From: Candidatus Eiseniibacteriota bacterium
Lineage (GTDB): Bacteria > Eisenbacteria > RBG-16-71-46
Assembly (NCBI GenBank): GCA_031364845.1
Contig: JANLWX010000156.1
Span: 22,105 to 86,104 of the forward strand
Direction of reading: 5' to 3'
Length of the DNA: 64,000 nucleotides
The position numbers and the translations under genes are program-made. The notes beneath the pieces are model-generated. The model was given only the letters and a program-made list of their open reading frames with translations, was not told the DNA's origin and did no database searches. Of the stretch, positions 1 to 10,344 are shown one piece after another (positions within the stretch are counted from its first letter, which is position 1; each line of letters opens with the position of its first letter).

Positions 1-178
1 ATTGACTCCCATCGCCCCCTCCGGTGTGGGCGCTCGGTCGCCTTACCGTGACCGAACGCGTGTGGTGTCGCGGACCGGGCCGTGTGCTGCGCCCGATGCA
101 TCCTTGTCGATGTCCATCAGCGCCCGCGACGGGTTGAATCCTTGCATCAGCTGTGCCCCCGCTTTGAGCAGCAACCGC

Positions 179-904
179 TCACAGCGCTGGCGCCGCGGTG
201 AGACGGAACTTCAGCAGCCGCGTGATCCACACTGCGACCGGCCGGTTGTTGCTGAGCGCCGGAGTGAAGACCCACATCCGCGCGGCATCGACCGCGGCGG
301 CGTCGAGCATGGGAATCGAGGTGTCGACGTGCACCTTGGCGACACGGCCATCCTTGCCGATGAGCACCCGTAACAGCACGTCACCTTCGAGCTCGGCCTG
401 GCGCGCGATCTCCGGGTAGTGCGGCGGCACATCCTTGACCAGCACCGGCAGTTCGTCCGCGTAAACGTATTCCCCGAGTTGCGGCAACTCGTCCCCGCTC
501 GGAGGCTCGATGACGATCTCGCCGATTCCCCCCGCAGGGCCCGAACCGCTCGCGGACGAGATTTCCTGCTGGCTCGCGATCGTCTGCTCGGCGGGTGCTT
601 CGGTATCGGGCACCGGAACCGGCATGCCGATGGCGGGAGTCGCGGCCGATGGCATCACCGCGATGACGGGCGGCGCGATGTTGTCCCGCAAAGGCGGAGG
701 TGCCGCGATCTCGCGATACGGAACGAACACCCGCGTCTCGAGTTCCATGGTGCGTGGGCGGAGAATCATCGCGCCGAGCACCGCCGCGAACACGATCATC
801 CACAAGACCATGCTCGACATCGTCGCCCGGAACATGCGGCTGGTCGCGCTGCTGATCAGGTCCGGCGCCCCATAGGGCATGAAGCCATAGAGTGAGTGCG
901 ACAT
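179..904 (-). CDS. Energy transducer TonB family protein
   Basis: ATG at 904 with AGGAG RBS. N-terminal TM helix, Pro-rich linker, TonB_C domain (PHYPEIARQAELEGDVLLRVLIGKDGRV...LDAAAVDAARMWVFTPA). Confidence 0.9.
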   Translation of the reverse strand: MSHSLYGFMPYGAPDLISSATSRMFRATMSSMVLWMIVFAAVLGAMILRPRTMELETRVFVPYREIAAPPPLRDNIAPPVIAVMPSAATPAIGMPVPVPDTEAPAEQTIASQQEISSASGSGPAGGIGEIVIEPPSGDELPQLGEYVYADELPVLVKDVPPHYPEIARQAELEGDVLLRVLIGKDGRVAKVHVDTSIPMLDAAAVDAARMWVFTPALSNNRPVAVWITRLLKFRLTAAPAL

Positions 905-1277
905 GGCCGGCTCCTGTCGAGATCGGCTGCCTCGCGCCCCGCGTCCGCGACGTTGCGTGCGCGCGCCGTGGGCCGCCGACGCATACAGGCATGAAGCGTT
1001 CCGGGGACTCACAGGTTGCTCGGTCCCGGCGAACCCGCGCCGGATCGGCTTGCGACGCGATCGAGGGCGGCCCCAAGCGATCATCCAAAGTGAACCGGCT
1101 GCCACGCTGTCAGTAGCGCGACACGATCTGGCAGGAATCAGGCGGAGCTGCACCCGGCTTGATGCGCAACGCCGATTGACCGACCATGCCGAGTTCTGGA
1201 TGTGGTGTTGCGTGTCGATCCTGACATTCCCGAACCATTGACGGCGCCGATAGTGGCCCTCGTCCCGGACACACTCT

Positions 1278-2909
1278 TTGCCCAAACCCTCGAAGATTTC
1301 TAAGGCGACGCGTCCGGCTTCGCCTCCACGAGCGGCCGCGCAGGGCGAAGCGTCCCCCTGGACTTCGCTCGCCGTGGGTGCGGTGGCACTGCTGCTCTAT
1401 CTGGCGATGTCACCGGGTGTCTACGGCAACAAGGACGCGAGCGAGTTGACGCTCGTGCTCGCCACCACCGGCGTGGCGCATCCGACCGGCTATCCTCTAT
1501 ACACACTCACCGGTTCTCTGTTCGTTCGGCTGATGCACGCGCTCGGCGCATCGTGGGCGTGGGCGGCCAACGCATTCAGCGCGCTCGGCGCCGCGGTCGC
1601 GATCGCGCTGTTGCATGCGACTGCCGCCCGGCTCCTGCAGCGTGCCGGGGTGTCCTCGCGCACGGCCGCACTGGGCGCACTGCTGCCGGCGGCGGCATTC
1701 GGTCTGAATCCGGCGTGGATCGCCGAAGCCACGTTCGCGGAGGTGAACAGCTGGCATCTTGCGTGGACGGCTGTCGCGGCATGGGTTCTGGTCGACGCGT
1801 GGTTCGCGGCGGATCGTCCCGACGATGGTCGCACCGTCCGTCGCGCCGCGATTTGGGGCTTCGTGGCGGGGCTCGGGCTCGCGCACCACGTGACGTCGGT
1901 GCTGACGATCGTGCCGTTTTCGATCGCGATGGTGCTTGCGCTTCGGGTGAAGCAGCACGTTTCGTGGCGTCATGGAATGATCGCACTCGCCTGCGCGGCG
2001 GTTCCACTCCTTTCGTACACCTACATCTTCTGGCGCGCGTTCAACCCGGCTGGAGTTCAATGGGAAGTGCTCGCTCCCAGTTTCGCGTCGGTGTTCCGGC
2101 ATCTGACCGGTGCCGAGTACCGTGCGTACCTCGGGCAGTTCTCACCCGGCGGCGCGCAGGCGCGGATGCTCGCGACCGCGATCGTGCCGTGGCTCGCGCC
2201 ATCGCTCGTCGTGATGGCGGTGTGGGTGTGGCGCGCGGGTGCGTGGCCGCGCGGCCTTCGTTACGCGCTCGCGGGGGCGGTCGTCGCCAACCTCGCGTAT
2301 GCAGCTTCCTACGGCGTCGCCGATCCCACCAGCTACTTCCTGGCACCGCTCGCGCTGGCGCTGATCACCTTGCCGGCGGCGTGCGCAGCATGGAAGCCGC
2401 TGCGGCGCCACGCGTGGGTTGCCTTCGGCATCGCGCTGCTCGCGGTTGCGATTCCGTCGATCGCATCGATTCGCGAAGGCCTCGATCAACCGGCCGCGAT
2501 CGGGCGCATCGATCGGATGCTGCGCCGGCTGTGGACCTCGATCCCCGCCGAGCGCGGTTTCGTCGTGTGGAACCACGACATGGCGTGGCGGTTGCGCGCC
2601 TACCAGATACTGGACGGCGAGAAGCCCGGACTCGAAGTGATGAACCCGCTGCTGTTCACGCATCGGTGGCCACGGCAGCGCTTCGAAGAGCGCCATGGCT
2701 TCGATCCGGCTCCGGAGTCGGCGCTTCGCGCGCGCGCGGCATCACTTCGTCCCGCGACGCGCGCCGATCTCGACCGGATGACGTCCGAGACGATCGCCGG
2801 GGAGATCAACCGACACTCCGAGTTGCCCGTGTACGTCTTCATGCCCGAAGCAGGCATGACGCGGCTGTTGCCCAAGGCGGCGTCCGACTCCACGCGAACC
2901 CGGCCATGA
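1278..2909 (+). CDS. DUF2723 / TMEM260-like multi-TM putative protein glycosyltransferase
   Basis: DASELTLVLATTGVAHPTGYPLY motif, AEVNS, GLAHHVT, about 10 hydrophobic segments. TTG start uncertain. Confidence 0.75.
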   Translation: MPKPSKISKATRPASPPRAAAQGEASPWTSLAVGAVALLLYLAMSPGVYGNKDASELTLVLATTGVAHPTGYPLYTLTGSLFVRLMHALGASWAWAANAFSALGAAVAIALLHATAARLLQRAGVSSRTAALGALLPAAAFGLNPAWIAEATFAEVNSWHLAWTAVAAWVLVDAWFAADRPDDGRTVRRAAIWGFVAGLGLAHHVTSVLTIVPFSIAMVLALRVKQHVSWRHGMIALACAAVPLLSYTYIFWRAFNPAGVQWEVLAPSFASVFRHLTGAEYRAYLGQFSPGGAQARMLATAIVPWLAPSLVVMAVWVWRAGAWPRGLRYALAGAVVANLAYAASYGVADPTSYFLAPLALALITLPAACAAWKPLRRHAWVAFGIALLAVAIPSIASIREGLDQPAAIGRIDRMLRRLWTSIPAERGFVVWNHDMAWRLRAYQILDGEKPGLEVMNPLLFTHRWPRQRFEERHGFDPAPESALRARAASLRPATRADLDRMTSETIAGEINRHSELPVYVFMPEAGMTRLLPKAASDSTRTRP

Positions 2910-2976
2910 CGGTCGCCGGTCGTCACGCTTCGATCGTCCACAAACCCGTTCCACCTATTCATGAGGCCTTCGTGTC

Positions 2977-3762
2977 ATGACGCTCTCATCGCCTCCGGGA
3001 GATGCTCCCTCCGCGAATTGGAAGCCGCTCGCTCCGAACCTCCGCCGTGTGCTGGGTGTCCTGATCGAGAAGGCGAAGACGACTCCTGCCGCCTATCCGA
3101 TGACGGTCAACGCGATCGTCGCGGGCTGCAATCAGAAGAACAACCGCGAGCCGCTCACCACGCTCGATGACAACGACGTCGTGCTCGCGCTCAACGACCT
3201 CGAAGCGCTGGGCGCCGCGAGCGAGGCCCCGATCGTCAGTCGCGCGGTCAAGTATCGCCATCATGCCTACGCGTGGCTCGGCGTGGATCGCAAGGAAATG
3301 GCCGTGATGACCGAGTTGCTGCTGCGCGGGGACCAGTCGATCGGCGATCTCCGCGGGCGCGCCGCGCGCATGGAACCGATCGCGGATCTCGTCGAACTCA
3401 AACCGATCGTCGAAGGTCTTGTCGCGCGCGGATTGATGATCGAGCTGACGGCTCCGGGCCGCGGGCAGATCGTTTCGCACAATCTCTATAAAGAGCCCGA
3501 ACTGGCGGCACTGCGGGCCCGCTACTCGGGACACGTCGCTCACGATGTCCACGTCGATGAGTCGCGTGAGACGCCTGCGCGCGCGATGTCACCGGTTTCG
3601 GGGGTGCCGCCGCGAGCCTCCGCCGAAACACTCCTCGGACCCGTGGCCCACGGGATGATCGAAACCCTTGCGGCAGAAATCCGCGAACTCAAGGCCGCAG
3701 TCACCCGCCTCGACCAGCGCGTCCGGGAACTCGAGTCCCGCACCGCGAAAGAACCGGGCTGA
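2977..3762 (+). CDS. DUF480 (YceH-like) protein
   Basis: RVLGVLIEKAKTTPAAYPMTVNAIVAGCNQKNNREP, LLLRGDQSIGDLRGRAARM, C-terminal coiled coil. Confidence 0.9.
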   Translation: MTLSSPPGDAPSANWKPLAPNLRRVLGVLIEKAKTTPAAYPMTVNAIVAGCNQKNNREPLTTLDDNDVVLALNDLEALGAASEAPIVSRAVKYRHHAYAWLGVDRKEMAVMTELLLRGDQSIGDLRGRAARMEPIADLVELKPIVEGLVARGLMIELTAPGRGQIVSHNLYKEPELAALRARYSGHVAHDVHVDESRETPARAMSPVSGVPPRASAETLLGPVAHGMIETLAAEIRELKAAVTRLDQRVRELESRTAKEPG

Positions 3763-3878
3763 TTTGACGCCCGCGGTGGCGGCCGACGGCAACAATTCTG
3801 TTTCCGCCGGTTGCCGTCCTGATACGATTGCGGTCGATCGCGAGATCCGGGCCCTGTTCCCTCCTCCGGAGGCCGTGT

Positions 3879-6800
3879 ATGAATCGTCCGCTTTCGTTTC
3901 GCTCGATCGTGTTGGTGAGCGCCCTCGTGACCGCCGCCGCGTGTTCCTTTGCCGCTGCCGGCCCCCGAACTTCCGCGAACGGAGCCCGCGCCGTTCCCAC
4001 GCGCACCCACCTGATCGACGGCTCGCGCAAGATCGACATCAATCGCATCAACATGGTGGTCACGAATGTCGGATGGTTCGGGTTCGACGTGAATGGGTTC
4101 GCGTCGGGTCTCTACTACCCCAAGGGCGATCCGACGACGGCCCTGTTCGCGGGCGGCCTGTGGCTCGGGGTCGAGAACCCGACGCGCGTGACCGTCGCGG
4201 AATACTCCTCCGAGTACGGCCCCGGCCGCGTCCTCGCGCCGGGTATTCCCGAGGACCCGAATCATCCGGATCTCATCGTGTACAAGGTGAAGCGCTGGAC
4301 CGGCATCGATTCGGACTCGGCGCATGTAGATCGCACTCCGGCGGAACTCCTCGCCGACCCGACGCTCGACCCTCTCGCGCACCATTCATGGAGCGAGTAC
4401 CTCGCCGGGGCAGCATCGCGGGGCGCACCGGTTCGCATCTATCGATTGCCACAGACCTCGACACCGGCACCCGACGACTCGGTCGACGTTCCGGGACCGG
4501 ATGTCTCGGGTGATCAGATGCTGTGGAGCGTGTACAACGACTCCGACCCGGCGCTTCACAACAACAATGCCGGACGGACGACGCCGCTCGGCGTCGAGGT
4601 CCAGCAGACGACGTTCGCGTTCGATCGTCCCGGGCCGATCGCGGATGCCGTCTTCGTGCGATACCGATTGATTCATCGGGGCACCTCCGTACTAGGAGTC
4701 CTGCGTCCGGGCATCTGGACCGATCCCGACATCGGAGGATCCACCGACGATCTCGTGGGCAGCGATGTCGCGCGCAACATGGGCGTCGCGTACAACGCCG
4801 ACGATGCGGACGACCTCTACGGATCGAACCCGCCCGCGATCGGGATCCGCCTGCTCGACCGGCCGATGCACGCGTTCACGCGCTACATCAACGGAACCGA
4901 TCCTTCCGACGCCGGCGAGTCGATGAACTATCTGAAGGGGCTTGATGCCGACGGTGCGCCGATCATCGATCCGATCACTCAGACTGAGACTCGATACATG
5001 TACTCGGGCGATCCGGTCACCGGTGCCGGCTGGCTCGACGATGTGCCGCTGGACAAACGCATGCTCGTCGCCGCGCTGCTGCCGCAGATGTCGCCCGGCG
5101 ATACGGCCGCGTTCACGATGGCGATCGTGGCTGGGCAGGACCTGAACCTGCTCGCGGGGATCAGCGACCTGCGTTGCAACGCGGACTTCGCGCAGCAGTC
5201 CTTCGCCGGCGGATTCGCGGTGCTGCAACCCGATCCCGAGACGCCGTGCGTCGCGGCGACGGTGTGCGGCCGCCCCCTCGTATTCTGGCAGGACCAGTGC
5301 GCCGGAGGCGGCATCGACCTGTCGCAGATTCAGGGGATCACGCAGCAGGCCGATGCGCAGTCTTCCTTCTTCGACTGGAACAACAACGCTGAGGAGTTCT
5401 GCACGACGCTCCAGTCGTCGGGATCGGATCTCCGCAGCCAGGCGAAGCGTGAGTACGCGGCACTGCTCGCCAATGTGATGGCCGCTCGGCTCGGCATCGA
5501 CGATGTCGAAGGCAATCCGATCCTCATGAGCCCGCAGACGCCGGTGAATTGCCCGGGCGTCCAGGGCTCCACAATTGCCGACCTCATTCGTCCCGGCTTT
5601 CGCGATTCATTCCTGACGGCGGTCACCTATGTGAATGCGAACTTCGACCATCCGCGCGCGCTGGAGGGCGTCGACTTCGGGCTGGCGCAATTCGGCGGTG
5701 GCGCGGGATACGGCATCGACTTCCTCGGCAGCACGCTCGACCCGAACACGAACCCCGGTCCGTTCCGGTCGCTCGAGTTGCGCTTCACCAACATTCCGCA
5801 GAAGGCCTATCGCTATCTGCGCCATGAGCGGGCGTCGGACGGTACCGCGCCGCCGCTCGGTCGGCGATACACGTATGCCGGTTTTCGCGACGTCGTGTTT
5901 CAGGTTTGGGATGTCGATCGGGGTGTTGCGCTCGACGCCGCGTTCGTCGAGCGCGTCCTCACCGACGATGACGGGACGATCCTGCCGTCCGCGCTTCAGC
6001 CCGCGACATTCGACTCGACGTGGGCGCCGGACGACTCTCCGGTCGGCTCGCGCGAGTATCTGATGCTGCTCGATCACGACTACACCGGTTTCCCAGATCC
6101 GTCGTTCGAACTCGACGATCAGCTCAACCACGGATTGTTCCCGGTTCTCTACGCGCTCGCGGCCAAGCTGCGGACTCCGGACTCGGTGATCGATCCGGGC
6201 GATCACATCCGGTTCGATTGGGGGCTGCCCGCGGTCTCAAGCGTCGATCAGATGATGATCAGTCTGGAGTCGCGTTCGCTGGCGGATCCGGACGTGCAAT
6301 CGGCTTACAACGTGATCGCCGCATGCCTCGCCGGCCTGAATTCGTTGTGCGACAAACCGACTTCGACCCTCGCCTCGCTCATCGGTGCGACCTCCACGCC
6401 GGAAGCGGTCGAGTTGGCGTGGTATGCGCCCTCGTTCACGAGCGCACGCGTTCAGCGCGCAGAGCCGGGAACCGGCTGGACCACGCAGGCCACGATCACA
6501 CGCGACGGATCGAGCGTGATGGCGTGGACGGATCGAGCGATCGTCGCGGGTTCGCGCTACGGTTATCGGCTGGCGGACGACACGGGACGCGTGCATGTCG
6601 AGACGTGGGTGGACGTGCCGACCCGGCACCGGCTGGCACTCGCGGGCATGCGGCCGCATCCGGCCGTCGCCGGAGCGCTCGTGGTCCTGAGCCTTCCGCG
6701 GCGCGCCCCCGCGCGCCTCGAGGTGATCGACATCGCGGGACGGCGCGTGGTCACGCGCGAGGTCGGTGCGCTCGGACCCGGCACGCACTCGCTGCGGATC

Positions 6801-6893
6801 GGCGAACTCGACCGGCTCCCGGCGGGGGTCTATATGATGCGGCTCCAGCAAGGCGGCGAGTCGGTGAGCGGCCGAATGGTGCGCGTGCGCTGA
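3879..6893 (+). CDS. Large secreted protein with C-terminal FlgD-Ig / T9SS-like sorting domain
   Basis: GGAGG RBS and signal peptide MNRPLSF...AAA. N-terminal IDINRINMVVTNVG...LFAGGLWLG domain. C-terminus RPHP...LEVIDIAGRRV...LPAGVYMMRL. Confidence 0.8.
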   Translation: MNRPLSFRSIVLVSALVTAAACSFAAAGPRTSANGARAVPTRTHLIDGSRKIDINRINMVVTNVGWFGFDVNGFASGLYYPKGDPTTALFAGGLWLGVENPTRVTVAEYSSEYGPGRVLAPGIPEDPNHPDLIVYKVKRWTGIDSDSAHVDRTPAELLADPTLDPLAHHSWSEYLAGAASRGAPVRIYRLPQTSTPAPDDSVDVPGPDVSGDQMLWSVYNDSDPALHNNNAGRTTPLGVEVQQTTFAFDRPGPIADAVFVRYRLIHRGTSVLGVLRPGIWTDPDIGGSTDDLVGSDVARNMGVAYNADDADDLYGSNPPAIGIRLLDRPMHAFTRYINGTDPSDAGESMNYLKGLDADGAPIIDPITQTETRYMYSGDPVTGAGWLDDVPLDKRMLVAALLPQMSPGDTAAFTMAIVAGQDLNLLAGISDLRCNADFAQQSFAGGFAVLQPDPETPCVAATVCGRPLVFWQDQCAGGGIDLSQIQGITQQADAQSSFFDWNNNAEEFCTTLQSSGSDLRSQAKREYAALLANVMAARLGIDDVEGNPILMSPQTPVNCPGVQGSTIADLIRPGFRDSFLTAVTYVNANFDHPRALEGVDFGLAQFGGGAGYGIDFLGSTLDPNTNPGPFRSLELRFTNIPQKAYRYLRHERASDGTAPPLGRRYTYAGFRDVVFQVWDVDRGVALDAAFVERVLTDDDGTILPSALQPATFDSTWAPDDSPVGSREYLMLLDHDYTGFPDPSFELDDQLNHGLFPVLYALAAKLRTPDSVIDPGDHIRFDWGLPAVSSVDQMMISLESRSLADPDVQSAYNVIAACLAGLNSLCDKPTSTLASLIGATSTPEAVELAWYAPSFTSARVQRAEPGTGWTTQATITRDGSSVMAWTDRAIVAGSRYGYRLADDTGRVHVETWVDVPTRHRLALAGMRPHPAVAGALVVLSLPRRAPARLEVIDIAGRRVVTREVGALGPGTHSLRIGELDRLPAGVYMMRLQQGGESVSGRMVRVR

Positions 6894-6904
6894 GCACGCG
6901 TGGA

Positions 6905-8173
6905 TCAGGGAACGAGCACCGCTGCGATGGCGTCGACGGCGGTGCTCGTTCCATGCTCGGCGCGCACCTGTTCGCCCACACTGGCCGCGCGCGCGCGCAT
7001 TCCGTCGTCGCTCATCAGCAGTCCGAGTTCACGCTGCATGGCTCCCGCGCTCGCTGCCTTGCGGCCGAGGATGCGCGCGACTCCGAGATGCGAGCACCGC
7101 CATGCATTGTCGGGCTGATCGTGGCTGAAGGGCACGATCAGGCTCGGGCGGCCCGAGCGCAGCGCCTGCCCGGTGGTTCCGATGCCGCCCTGATGGACGA
7201 TCGCCGCGGCGCGCGCGAACAGTTCCGAGTGCGGCGCATAGTCGACGGCCACCACGCCATCGGGCAGTGAGGCCGGCAGGTTGCCCGTGTCGGGGCCGGT
7301 GAGCAGCACGGCCCTCACGCCAAGCGCGCGCGCGGCTGCGGCGGCCGAACCGAAGAACTCTCCCGCGTCCCACACGCCCGATGACCCGAGCGTGAACACC
7401 ACCGGCGCAGATCCCGCGTTAAGGAATGCTTCGAGTGCCGCCGACATGCCTCCGCCTTTTTCGTCGCGGTCGTAAAGTGGAAACCCGGTGGCGATCGTGT
7501 TCGCCGGCCAGTCGGGTTGCGGCGGGGCGAATACAGGCGAGAACAGCGCCAGGTTGAGAAGCGGCGAGTAGCCATCGATGAGCGGATGCGCGGGTGATGG
7601 CGGAAGCCCCGCCGCCGCGCGCGCCTCGTCGACCGAACGCGCCCAGTGGCGTGTCGCCAGGCGCGCCATCTTCCACAGCACGTTCCATACGCCGGGACCC
7701 AGGCGATAGGTCCAGGGGATCGCGGAGAACGCCGGCACGCGCGGCGGATCATAGGAGGAGAACAGCGTCATCGGTTGCAGCATGGTGTGGACGCGCGGGA
7801 TTCCAAACTTCTCGGCCACGATCGGGGCGGCGAACGTGAGCATGTGCCCCACGATCGCGTCCGCGCCGGCGCACGCGTCGCTCAGATCCTCATAGGACTG
7901 GCGCACGAACGGCAGCACCATGTGCCGGGCGACGTATTCGCTCCCCCGGTCCGGATCCATCGCGCGCCGCATGACGGTTGGCAGATCGCCGAACTCCGTG
8001 AGGTCGGGCCGCACGGGCCGGAACTCAAGCCCCGCTTCCTCGACGCGAGCCTGGTATATGGAATGGGTCGCGATCACGGGACGGTGGCCTCGGACGGCGA
8101 GCTCGCGAGCGAGCGCGACATAAGGATGGAGGTCGCCGAGGGTTCCGATGGTGGTGAGAACGATACGAAGCAT
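6905..8173 (-). CDS. GT1-family glycosyltransferase (UDP-glucuronosyl/MGT-like)
   Basis: RIVLTTIGTLGDLHPY, VFTLGSS, YAPHSELF...VHQGGIGTT...PFSHDQPDNA. Confidence 0.92.
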   Translation of the reverse strand: MLRIVLTTIGTLGDLHPYVALARELAVRGHRPVIATHSIYQARVEEAGLEFRPVRPDLTEFGDLPTVMRRAMDPDRGSEYVARHMVLPFVRQSYEDLSDACAGADAIVGHMLTFAAPIVAEKFGIPRVHTMLQPMTLFSSYDPPRVPAFSAIPWTYRLGPGVWNVLWKMARLATRHWARSVDEARAAAGLPPSPAHPLIDGYSPLLNLALFSPVFAPPQPDWPANTIATGFPLYDRDEKGGGMSAALEAFLNAGSAPVVFTLGSSGVWDAGEFFGSAAAAARALGVRAVLLTGPDTGNLPASLPDGVVAVDYAPHSELFARAAAIVHQGGIGTTGQALRSGRPSLIVPFSHDQPDNAWRCSHLGVARILGRKAASAGAMQRELGLLMSDDGMRARAASVGEQVRAEHGTSTAVDAIAAVLVP

Positions 8174-8457
8174 GGGCCGCGACCTTAGCGGACCGGCACG
8201 CGCAGCGCACCATGTTCGCGGCGCGACCCTTGCAGAGGCAGGTTGCGGAACCGATAGCCTGGCTGAAGGCCACGCGTAACTGCTTGCAGGAGCGTGTGCG
8301 GCCGGGGGCACGGGAGTCTGCGATGTAGAGTCCGAGCATCCGCACTGGAAGAAACTACACGAAGGTTGCTCAGGAGAATCAGAAGCGCGGACTCTCGAAG
8401 CACTCGATCGCGGCGTCGGCCGTTCGAATCACTGGTCATCAACTCGAGGAGGCAAAC

Positions 8458-9117
8458 ATGTCCCGCATTACCCTCGCCGTGGCGGGCGTTCTGGCAGTTT
8501 TCTGTGCAGCGCCCTCATTTGCAGAAGTCGTCAATCTTCAGCCCGTGACACCGATCAAGCGCGTGGAGCCGGTCGTGCTCGGCTACGCCTCCGAAGTGGG
8601 AACGCACACGCTGCGCGTCGATGTTCCGAGCGCTGAGGCGATGACGTTCGAATTCGACTCGCGCACAGTGATGCCGCGAGAACTCCAGAGCGGCACGCCG
8701 GTCCGGATCGACTTCAGGATTCTCGACAACGGAATGCACTTCGCGAACCGCGTGACGCCGATCCTGCCGGGTAGCAACGACTGGCGGGCCATCCAGGACA
8801 TGCGCACGTCCCAGTCGATGACCACCGAGCCGGCCTCGCAGACGTACGTCACCGAACAGACCACGATCACCGAACCCGTGACGATGCAGACCACCACCAC
8901 GACGACCGCAACCGACGTCACGACGACCTCGACGCCGGTCGAGACCGAAGCGACGCCTGCAACCGCGACCGACAACGTTCTCGTGTCGGGTGATGCCGAC
9001 CGTGCCGACCGGCTCCCGCAGACGGCGAGCGAACTGCCGCTGTTGCTGACCCTCGGAGCGGCTTCGATCGCCGGAGCCATTGCGCTTTCGATCCGTCGCC
9101 GGCGCAACGCTTCGTAA
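8458..9117 (+). CDS. Secreted LPXTG-type sortase substrate with Thr-rich linker
   Basis: GAGGAGG RBS, signal peptide, poly-Thr stretch, then LPQTA + hydrophobic helix + RRRR tail. Directly upstream of a sortase. Confidence 0.85.
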   Translation: MSRITLAVAGVLAVFCAAPSFAEVVNLQPVTPIKRVEPVVLGYASEVGTHTLRVDVPSAEAMTFEFDSRTVMPRELQSGTPVRIDFRILDNGMHFANRVTPILPGSNDWRAIQDMRTSQSMTTEPASQTYVTEQTTITEPVTMQTTTTTTATDVTTTSTPVETEATPATATDNVLVSGDADRADRLPQTASELPLLLTLGAASIAGAIALSIRRRRNAS

Positions 9118-9127
9118 GGAATCACCG

Positions 9128-9718
9128 GTGAAACTGTGGAACGGGCCGGCGACAGGAGTGATCGAGAGATTGCTCCTGCTCGTCGGCGTGCTCATGCTCG
9201 GACGCTGGTGGATGGTGACCCAGGAGGCCCGCGCGTTCCAGACTTGGGCGGCCGCCGTCGTGGACTCACTTCCCGGCGATCGCCCGCACCGGAATTTTGA
9301 GCATGAGATTGTCGGGCGCATCCTGATCCCGCGGCTCAACTCCTCGACGCTGATCGCCGAGGGCGTGTCCGTACCGACTCTGCGCCGGGCTGTCGGCCAC
9401 ATTCCGACGTCGGCGCTTCCGGGCGAACCCGGCAACGTGGTGCTCGCTGCCCATCGCGACACGTACTTCAAAGGGCTCGGCAAGTTGCGGCGCGGCGATA
9501 TCGTGCGGCTGCAGACGCGGGCCCGGACTTATCGCTACCAGATCGAACAGACGCAGGTGGTGGATGCCGACGCGGTCGAAGTGATGCGCCCCACGCGAAG
9601 TCCCTCGCTCACACTGGTGACCTGCTATCCGTTCGGGACCCTGGGACCCGCCCCGCGCCGCTACATCGTGCGGGCGCGTCTGGCCGGCTGGGAATCCGAC
9701 GTGCTCGCGCAGCGCTGA
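9128..9718 (+). CDS. Class D sortase
   Basis: GTG start after TAAGGA. N-terminal TM, GNVVLAAHRDTYF (His), LTLVTCYPF (Cys), RYIVRA (Arg). Confidence 0.92.
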   Translation: MKLWNGPATGVIERLLLLVGVLMLGRWWMVTQEARAFQTWAAAVVDSLPGDRPHRNFEHEIVGRILIPRLNSSTLIAEGVSVPTLRRAVGHIPTSALPGEPGNVVLAAHRDTYFKGLGKLRRGDIVRLQTRARTYRYQIEQTQVVDADAVEVMRPTRSPSLTLVTCYPFGTLGPAPRRYIVRARLAGWESDVLAQR

Positions 9719-9727
9719 CGCACGGCG

Positions 9728-10234
9728 CTACATCCGGCGGATCACCTCGAAACGCTTCGGATCCTCGATGAACGTGGATTTGGTTTCTTCGCTCTCGAAG
9801 AAATAAGGTCCGCCGACCCACCACACTTCGGGTGATCGCGCCGAGGGGCGAAAGCGCCGGCCCGTCACCGGGTCGCGCACGAATCCGGTCCACAGCGCGG
9901 GTGTCTTCATGAATCGCTGGAGCGTGCTCTCGCTCGAGAATCGATAGACCTCTCCGTTCACGCGAAACTGGAGATCACGGCTGAGCGATCCGAGCTTGCG
10001 CGGATCGACCGGGTCCCACAGCGCACGCTGAAGATGGAACAGCGCCCAGTCGGCATCGATGACCGGTCCCAACGGGACCGAAACCGGCTCTCAGGTGAAT
10101 CGCGACGACGGCGGTCCGATCAGCGCGCCGAGCGAATCGGCGGCCGCGGTCGCGGCGGGCGTAGCCTGCGCGAGCGGCGCAGGCGTGCTCAGGACGAGGA
10201 CCAGCATCAGCGGCATCATGGCGAACACGAGCAT
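9728..10234 (-). CDS. Secreted tandem YHS-like domain protein interrupted by an in-frame TGA (10091-10093); recoded or pseudogene
   Basis: The signal-peptide-like MLVFAMMPLMLVLVLSTPAPLAQA is in the same frame as downstream ORF 9728-10072. That ORF has two YHS-like units (DPVDP...YRFSSE...F; DPVTG...YFFESEE...F). Confidence 0.6.
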
Positions 10235-10344
10235 AAGGCGACTCGCGCTTCTGGCGCCAGCGGCGCGTCTCAACGGAGTTTCGATGAAGGCGACCAGAGC
10301 GTCGATCGTCACGGCCACCGCCGGGTGCGGAGGCCGATAGGATC

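Noticed and set aside
8304..8322. Possible sigma54 promoter upstream of the LPXTG gene (GGCACGGGAGTCTGC)
   Set aside because: Spacing is GG-N11-GC rather than the required N10.
10091..10093. Genome-wide TGA reassignment (code 4/25) as the explanation of the in-frame TGA
   Set aside because: Many well-defined genes in the window (e.g. icd, sortase, NtrC) end at TGA at the expected family C-terminus.
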